Notes under the pieces: generated by a model
Told to the model about the DNA's origin: nothing
Databases searched by the model: none
Seen by the model: only the letters and a program-made list of their open reading frames with translations
Shown: positions 58,675 through 64,000 of the stretch, piece by piece
How positions within the stretch are numbered: the first letter of the stretch is position 1
Layout: each line of letters starts with the position of its first letter
Source: an uncultured delta proteobacterium
GTDB taxonomy: Bacteria > Myxococcota > Myxococcia > Myxococcales > Myxococcaceae
Direction of reading: 5' to 3'
Assembly: GCA_963776345.1 (NCBI GenBank)
Contig: CAVZMH010000024.1
Span: forward strand, 1-64,000
Length of the DNA stretch: 64,000 nt
Made by a program: the position numbers and the translations under genes

Positions 58675-59420
58675 GCCCGGGCCTCCGCGTCGTCCCCGAG
58701 GTAGGCCGCCACCACCGCAGGGTCGCGGAGCGCCTCCGCTGGGCGGCCCTCGGCGATCTTCTTCCCGAAGTTCAGCACCACCAGCCGGTCCGACAGCCCC
58801 GCCACCGCGTGCACGTGGTGCTCGATCATCAAGATGGTCAGCCCCGAGTCCCGCAGGGCTCGGACCAGGACCATCGCCTGCTGGATCTCGGCCGGATTGA
58901 GCCCGCCCATCACCTCGTCCAGGCAGAGCACCTCGGGTCCGGTGGCCAGCGCCCGGGCGATCTCCAGCCGCTTCAGCTCGCCGATGCTCAGCACGCCCGC
59001 CTTCACCTGCGCCCGGTGCACGAGCTCGGTGCGCGCCAGCACCTCGTCCACCCGCTCCCGGGCCTTCGCGCCCCGGAGCCGCATCCGGCCGTAGAGCGCG
59101 CCCACCCGGATGTTGTCCGCCACCGTCATCTCCCGGAACGGGCGGACGATCTGGTGCGTGCGGACCAGCCCCCGGGCGACGATCTGGTCGTTGCGCAGCC
59201 CGGAGAGCTCCTCCCCGCGGAAGCGCACGCTCCCCGAGGTGGGCGTCACCGAGCCCACCAGGCAGGAGAAGAGGGTGGTCTTCCCCGCGCCGTTCGGGCC
59301 GATGACGCTGAAGATCTCCCCCCGCTGCACCTCGAACGACACCGAGTCCAGCGCCAGGAGCCCGCCGAAGCGCTTGCTCACCGAGCCGACCGCGAGGATG
59401 GGCGACCCGTCAGCCGGCAC
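58671..59420 (-). CDS. livG: Branched-chain amino acid-type ABC transporter ATPase
   Basis: KRFGGL, GPNGAGKTT, LEIARALA, LDEVMGGLN, IEH, AAYLG. Confidence 0.93.
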   Translation of the reverse strand: MPADGSPILAVGSVSKRFGGLLALDSVSFEVQRGEIFSVIGPNGAGKTTLFSCLVGSVTPTSGSVRFRGEELSGLRNDQIVARGLVRTHQIVRPFREMTVADNIRVGALYGRMRLRGAKARERVDEVLARTELVHRAQVKAGVLSIGELKRLEIARALATGPEVLCLDEVMGGLNPAEIQQAMVLVRALRDSGLTILMIEHHVHAVAGLSDRLVVLNFGKKIAEGRPAEALRDPAVVAAYLGDDAEARA

Positions 59421-60381
59421 GGCCCGCCTCCGGGACCACCGGGGTCCGCCGGCCGGGCCGGAGCCCCACCAGCCGCTCCCAGAGACCCACGATGCCCCGC
59501 GGCTCGAAGAGCATCACCACGATCAGCAGGCCCCCATAGATGAAGAGGTACGAGTCGCGCAGCGCGGGGCTCGCCAGCAGCTTGATCCGCAAGTAGCTGA
59601 AGAGCACCGCCCCCAGCACCGGACCGGTCAGCGTCCCCATCCCGCCCACGATCGGCATCAGCACGATGGTCAGCGACAGCTGGAAGTCGAACACGTTCCC
59701 CGGGCTGATGTACTGGAAGTTGGTCGCGTACAGCCCCCCGGCGATGGCCACCAGCGCCGCGGAGATCGCGTGGGCCTGGAGCTTGGCCCGCGTCGAGTGC
59801 ACCCCCAGCGCCTCGGCCGCGTCGATGTCCTGGCGGATCGCCTCCAGCGCCAGCCCGAAGGCGTGCTGCCGGAGCCAGGCCACCAGCGCGAGCGTCACCA
59901 GCGCCAGGGCCGCCATGGCGTAGTAGTTGGCGCTGAAGTCGAACGCGGCCGGCGGCATCCGCACGCCGCTCGATCCCCCGGTGAATTCGAGCCCGGAGGC
60001 GATGACCCGGACCGCTTCCCCCACCCCGATGGTGGCGATGGTGAAGTAGGGACCGCGGAGCCGGAAGGTCGGCAGCCCCACCACCACGCTGAAGGCCACC
60101 GCCAGCGCCGCGCCCACCGGCAAGGTCAGCGCCGGCGACCAGCCCGCGTTGGCCAGGAGCACCGTGGTGTACGCCCCGATGCCCACGAACGCCGAGTACC
60201 CCAGCGAGACCTGCCCGGCGAACCCGCCGAGCAGGTTCCACGCCGAGGCGAGCACCACGAAGAACGCCATGTTCCAGAGGTCGTTCAGCGTCCCCCGCTC
60301 GGCGAACAGCGGCGCGAGCAGCAGTCCCGCAGCGAGCAGCGCCCCGGCCAGGAGCCCCGGATGGCGGCGGAGGAGGCCCAT
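59410..60381 (-). CDS. livM: Liv-type ABC permease
   Basis: WNLLGGFAGQVSLG, LRGPYFTIAT, IVGGMGTLTGPVLGA, PRGIVG. Confidence 0.92.
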   Translation of the reverse strand: MGLLRRHPGLLAGALLAAGLLLAPLFAERGTLNDLWNMAFFVVLASAWNLLGGFAGQVSLGYSAFVGIGAYTTVLLANAGWSPALTLPVGAALAVAFSVVVGLPTFRLRGPYFTIATIGVGEAVRVIASGLEFTGGSSGVRMPPAAFDFSANYYAMAALALVTLALVAWLRQHAFGLALEAIRQDIDAAEALGVHSTRAKLQAHAISAALVAIAGGLYATNFQYISPGNVFDFQLSLTIVLMPIVGGMGTLTGPVLGAVLFSYLRIKLLASPALRDSYLFIYGGLLIVVMLFEPRGIVGLWERLVGLRPGRRTPVVPEAGRAG

Positions 60382-61286
60382 CAGCGCGCCACCGCGCGCC
60401 GATCGAACATCCGCCACAGCCCGGGCAACCCGCCGGGCGCGGCCACCAGCACCACCACCAGCAAGGTGAAGCTGATCGCCTCCTCGTAGGAGACCGGGAT
60501 GGAGGTGTACGCCGAGGCGAAGTTCTCGATGAAGGCCAGCACCAGCGCGCCCACCGCCACGCCGGTGAAGCTCTCCATCCCGCCGAGCACGATGATGCAG
60601 AACGCCTTCAGGAGGAAGCTGCGCCCGAAGTCCGGGGTGAAGGCGTAGAGCGTGCTCATCATGCTCCCGCCCATCGCCGCGAACGCCGTTCCCAGCCCGA
60701 AGGCCACCGCGGCGATCTGCCCGGCGTTCACCCCGGAGAGCATCGCCGCGTCCCGGTTCTGGGTGACCGCGCGGATCGCCTTGCCCAGGTAGGTGCGGCG
60801 CAATACGAGATTGAGCCCCACCAGCGAGAGGATGCTCACCCCGAACACCAGGATCTGCGGCACGCCGAAGCGGCCGCCGAGCACCTCCACCGACTGCATG
60901 GTGTACGGCGTGAGGATCGACTGGGTGTCCCCGCCCCAGATGGCGTAGGCCAGGTTCTGCAGCACCAGCCACACCCCGAAGAGCAGGAGCAACGACTGCA
61001 TCGATGGCCCGGCCGCGGACCGGGGCAGCCAGCGGACGAGCGTGGCGTAGAGCGCCATGCCCAGCAGGAAGAACGCCGGCGCCACCACCAGGAGCGAGAC
61101 GAACGGGTCCATCCCGAACCGGTCGTTCAGCGCGAACGTCGCGTAGGCCGCCAGCATCATCAGCCCGGCGTGCGCCAGGTTGATGATCCGCATCACCCCG
61201 TAGATGACCGCCAGCCCGTACGACATCGTGGCGTACAGGCCGGCGGCGAGCAGCGAGTTCAGGGCGACGACGACGAGCTTCTGCAC
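60381..61286 (-). CDS. livH: Liv-type ABC permease
   Basis: GLAVIYGVMRIINLAH, GKAIRAVTQN, IVLGGM. Confidence 0.92.
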   Translation of the reverse strand: MQKLVVVALNSLLAAGLYATMSYGLAVIYGVMRIINLAHAGLMMLAAYATFALNDRFGMDPFVSLLVVAPAFFLLGMALYATLVRWLPRSAAGPSMQSLLLLFGVWLVLQNLAYAIWGGDTQSILTPYTMQSVEVLGGRFGVPQILVFGVSILSLVGLNLVLRRTYLGKAIRAVTQNRDAAMLSGVNAGQIAAVAFGLGTAFAAMGGSMMSTLYAFTPDFGRSFLLKAFCIIVLGGMESFTGVAVGALVLAFIENFASAYTSIPVSYEEAISFTLLVVVLVAAPGGLPGLWRMFDRRAVAR

Positions 61287-61309
61287 GGGACTCCCGCCCT
61301 ACCGGGGCC

Positions 61310-62509
61310 TCACTTGGTGGGGATGGGCGCGACCGGCGGCCCGGTCCGGTCTTCCTTGGGCCACACGATGTCCACCTTCCCGCCGGGCTTGTTCTGGGTC
61401 ACCACGAACGGCAGGTCGCACTGGCCGGTCTTGGTGAAGGACAGCACCTGGCCCGGGACGATGCTCTTCTCCAGCCTCAGAGCAGCGAGCGCGGCGCGGA
61501 TCTTCTCCGGGTCGAGCGAGCCCGCCTTGGAGATGGCCGTCAGGAGCGCGCGCGTCGTCTCGTGGGCCATGGCGTGGTACCACTGCGGCTCGACGCCGGT
61601 GGCCGCCTTGTAGCGGGCGTTGAAGTCCTTGACCTGGGGATAGGGCAGGAGGTCGGACCACCAGCCGCTGGCGAAGACGTAGTCCGTCGCCGGTCCGAGC
61701 GCCTTCCGCGCGGCGGTGTCGGAGCCGCGTGCCCCGTGGGTGAGCATCAGATGGTGCAGTCCCATCTGGGTGTACGTCCGGTGGATGGCGATGAAGTCCT
61801 CCAGGTGCGAGTCGGCCAGGAAGAGGTCCGTCTTCGCCTCGGCCACCCGCTGGAGCAGCGGACGGTAGTCGGTGGTGTTGAGCTCGAACTTCTCCTGGAC
61901 CGCCACCTTGTAGCCGGGGTGGCTCTTGACGAACTCGTTCACCCCCTTGGCGTAGTCGTTCCCGTGCTCGGTGTTCTCGGTCACCAGGGCGATGGTGAGC
62001 GGCGTCTTCAGCTTGCCCTGCTTCACCAGGTCGTCGAGGAAGGCCATCTGCGTCTCGGCCAGGTGCTCCACCGGCGAGAGGGTTCCGAACACCCACTTGC
62101 TCCGGCCGTAGATGGCGGTCGCCCCCGCGCCGCCGGAGAGGTACGGGACGCCGTAGCGGTCCGGCACCACCGACTGCGCCTGGACCAGGTGCGAGCCGTA
62201 GCCGCCGATGATGGCGTGCGCCTTGTTCTGGGTGATGAGCTGCTCCACCAGCTGCGCGCTCTTCGCCGCGTCGGAGGTGTCGTCGAGCAGCGACAGGTTG
62301 ACCTTCATCTTCTTGCCACCCACCTGCACGCCGCCCGCGTCGTTGGCCTCCTTCACCGCGAGCTCGGTGGCCTGCTTGTAGGCGCCGCCGATCTTCGACT
62401 CCTTGCCGGTCACCGGGAGCACCGCGCCGATCCGGATCTCGTCCTGCGCACGCGCCGGGCGCCCGAGGACGACGACCAGCAACGCTCCGAGCCAGATGTT
62501 CCGCGACAT
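61310..62509 (-). CDS. Liv-type ABC substrate-binding protein (ligand unknown)
   Basis: Signal peptide; IRIGAVLPVTG, DDTSD, GGYGS; periplasmic binding fold type 1. Confidence 0.9.
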   Translation of the reverse strand: MSRNIWLGALLVVVLGRPARAQDEIRIGAVLPVTGKESKIGGAYKQATELAVKEANDAGGVQVGGKKMKVNLSLLDDTSDAAKSAQLVEQLITQNKAHAIIGGYGSHLVQAQSVVPDRYGVPYLSGGAGATAIYGRSKWVFGTLSPVEHLAETQMAFLDDLVKQGKLKTPLTIALVTENTEHGNDYAKGVNEFVKSHPGYKVAVQEKFELNTTDYRPLLQRVAEAKTDLFLADSHLEDFIAIHRTYTQMGLHHLMLTHGARGSDTAARKALGPATDYVFASGWWSDLLPYPQVKDFNARYKAATGVEPQWYHAMAHETTRALLTAISKAGSLDPEKIRAALAALRLEKSIVPGQVLSFTKTGQCDLPFVVTQNKPGGKVDIVWPKEDRTGPPVAPIPTK

Positions 62510-62720
62510 GTCACCCCTCCGAGGCACAGGCGTTTTGCTCGGGACCACGTAGCACGTCCGAACGGAGCGGCCTCACCCGGAAAAGCGCGACGCGTCGCAG
62601 CACGTCTCCTGGCAGTCTCTCGAGCGCACGTGCTAAGGGCCGAGCCGCCCCGGGATCGTTCGAGCCGCTCTGCGATGCAGGCCATCTCACCCGGGGCTCA
62701 ACCCCATCAAGGAGAGAAGC

Positions 62721-63485
62721 GTGCTCAAGCGAAATGTGGCGTTGGCGATCTTCTTCGCCCTGGCGCCGGTGTTCCCGGCCCTGGCCCAGCCGGCCGGCAA
62801 CGTGGCCCTGATCAACAGGCAGACCCCGAGGCCGGGCCTGGCCGAGAAGTACGAGGCCGCCCGGAAGAAGCACATGGGCTGGCACAAGGCCCAGAAGGAC
62901 ACCTGGGGCTGGTTCACCTGGGAGGTGGTCTCCGGCGAGTCGAGCGGCACGTACTTCACCGGCACCTTCGGGCACGCCTGGAAGGACTTCGACGGCCGCG
63001 AGAAGTTCGAGCAGCAGGACGATGCAGACGTGAACAGGACCATCGGCCCGACGCTCGGACAGGTCTTCGGCAGCTACTACCTCCGCCGCGCCGACCTGAG
63101 CCTGACCCAGCCCTCCGGCGACCCGCCCTCGGCCTACAGCCTGCTGACCTACTTCCGGGTCAAGCCGGAGGGGGTGAACGACTTCGTCGAGGGGGTGAAG
63201 AAGGTCAACGAGGGGATCAAGAAGACCAGCTACCCGCAGGCCGGACCGAGCGGCTGGTTCCAGCTGGTCAACGGCGGAGAGGGGCCGCTGTTCGTGCTGT
63301 CGCAGGGTCGCGCGAGCTGGGCCGCGTTCGCCCCCAACGACAAGACGCTCGACCAGATGATGGAGGAGGCCTACGGGAAGGAGCAGGGGGCGTCGATCCT
63401 CGCCAGCCTCCGCAAGACCGTTCAGTTCACCCGCACCGAGACCATCAAGTACCGCGCCGACCTCAGCTACGTCCCGGCCAAGTAG
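62721..63485 (+). CDS. Secreted protein with two internal ferredoxin-like (NIPSNAP/dimeric alpha-beta barrel-like) repeats
   Basis: Signal peptide; halves PRPG...WEVVSG...WKDFD...RRADLS and VKPEG...FQLVNG...WAAFA...YRADLS. Confidence 0.7.
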   Translation: MLKRNVALAIFFALAPVFPALAQPAGNVALINRQTPRPGLAEKYEAARKKHMGWHKAQKDTWGWFTWEVVSGESSGTYFTGTFGHAWKDFDGREKFEQQDDADVNRTIGPTLGQVFGSYYLRRADLSLTQPSGDPPSAYSLLTYFRVKPEGVNDFVEGVKKVNEGIKKTSYPQAGPSGWFQLVNGGEGPLFVLSQGRASWAAFAPNDKTLDQMMEEAYGKEQGASILASLRKTVQFTRTETIKYRADLSYVPAK

Positions 63486-63655
63486 GCCGCGACAGTCCGG
63501 GCGGTGGGCCTCGATGAGGCCTGCCGCCCCGTCGCACGCAGGGCACCCGGAGCCACACGAAACGGGTTGCACACCCCAGGGCTGACGCGTAAATCAACGC
63601 GGGTGCCTGTCGCGCTGCGTCAAGCGCCGCCGGGCCGATCTCAGGGGAGTGTCAC

Positions 63656-64000
63656 GTGAAGATCCTGGTGACCGCCAAGCGGGTCGAAGACCCGGAATCG
63701 AAGATCAAGGTGAAGGCCGACGGGTCGGGCATCGTGCAGGAGGGGCTGAAGTACAAGATCAACCCCTTCGACGAGATCGCCGTGGAGGAAGCCCTCCGCC
63801 TGGCCGCCAAGCACGGCGGCGAGGTGGTGGTTGCCAGCATCGGCCCCAAGGAAGTCCAGGAGCAGCTCCGCCACGCGCTGGCCATGGGCGCCACCAAGGC
63901 GGTCTGGGTGAACCACGCCGGGCCCCTCGACCCGATGTCCGCCGCCGCGCTCCTCAAGGGCGTCATCGAGCGCGAGAAGCCCGACCTCGCCATCCTCGGC
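63656..64000 (+). CDS. etfB: Electron transfer flavoprotein beta subunit (partial)
   Basis: GTG start after a GGGGAG SD: KILVTAKRVED...INPFDEIAVEEALRL...ALAMGA...EKPDLAILG. Confidence 0.95.
   Translation, partial: MKILVTAKRVEDPESKIKVKADGSGIVQEGLKYKINPFDEIAVEEALRLAAKHGGEVVVASIGPKEVQEQLRHALAMGATKAVWVNHAGPLDPMSAAALLKGVIEREKPDLAILG

Noticed and set aside
63580..63625. Operator upstream of etfB (TGACGCG...TGCGTCAA half-sites)
   Set aside because: Only imperfect half-sites with no clean dyad; cannot be supported from this window alone.
1..64000. Many long alternative-frame and antisense ORFs (e.g. 2702-4513, 13496-16177, 42381-45047, 50331-52844)
   Set aside because: Arg/Pro/Gly/Ala-rich shadows of real genes, expected from stop-codon scarcity at very high GC.

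Overview
A 64 kb stretch of a very GC-rich bacterial chromosome, densely coding on both strands. Gene content and order (a TIGR04551-like outer-membrane protein followed by lysA-dapA-dapB-folK-TPR, many lipoproteins, a sigma54-type site) suggest a myxobacterium (Myxococcota); this is inference. It is mostly core or semi-core genome: tRNA modification (ttcA, queG, rnd), nucleotide metabolism (tandem ThyX, HD hydrolase, Nudix-MBL fusion), proteolysis (M32, M24, M48, HtrA), lysine/folate synthesis, KdsD, a Liv-type ABC transporter and etfB. I see no rRNA, tRNA, CRISPR array, transposase or integrase. About ten single-base frameshifts in otherwise intact genes point to assembly indels. The most notable items are: (1) a ~900 aa fusion of a Cys-less SCP2-type thiolase fold with a degenerate class III cyclase-like domain; (2) beside it, a beta-helix lipoprotein gene bracketed by a 45-bp duplication and followed by an AT-rich pair of 23-bp dyad sites that also folds into a 76-nt hairpin; (3) a coupled ATP-grasp ligase/GNAT/exported transglutaminase operon; (4) a multi-PDZ HtrA coupled to an apparently catalytically dead trypsin-like partner; (5) a microprotein under a sigma54 promoter with a palindromic enhancer. 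All family calls are by motif recognition only; no searches were run.
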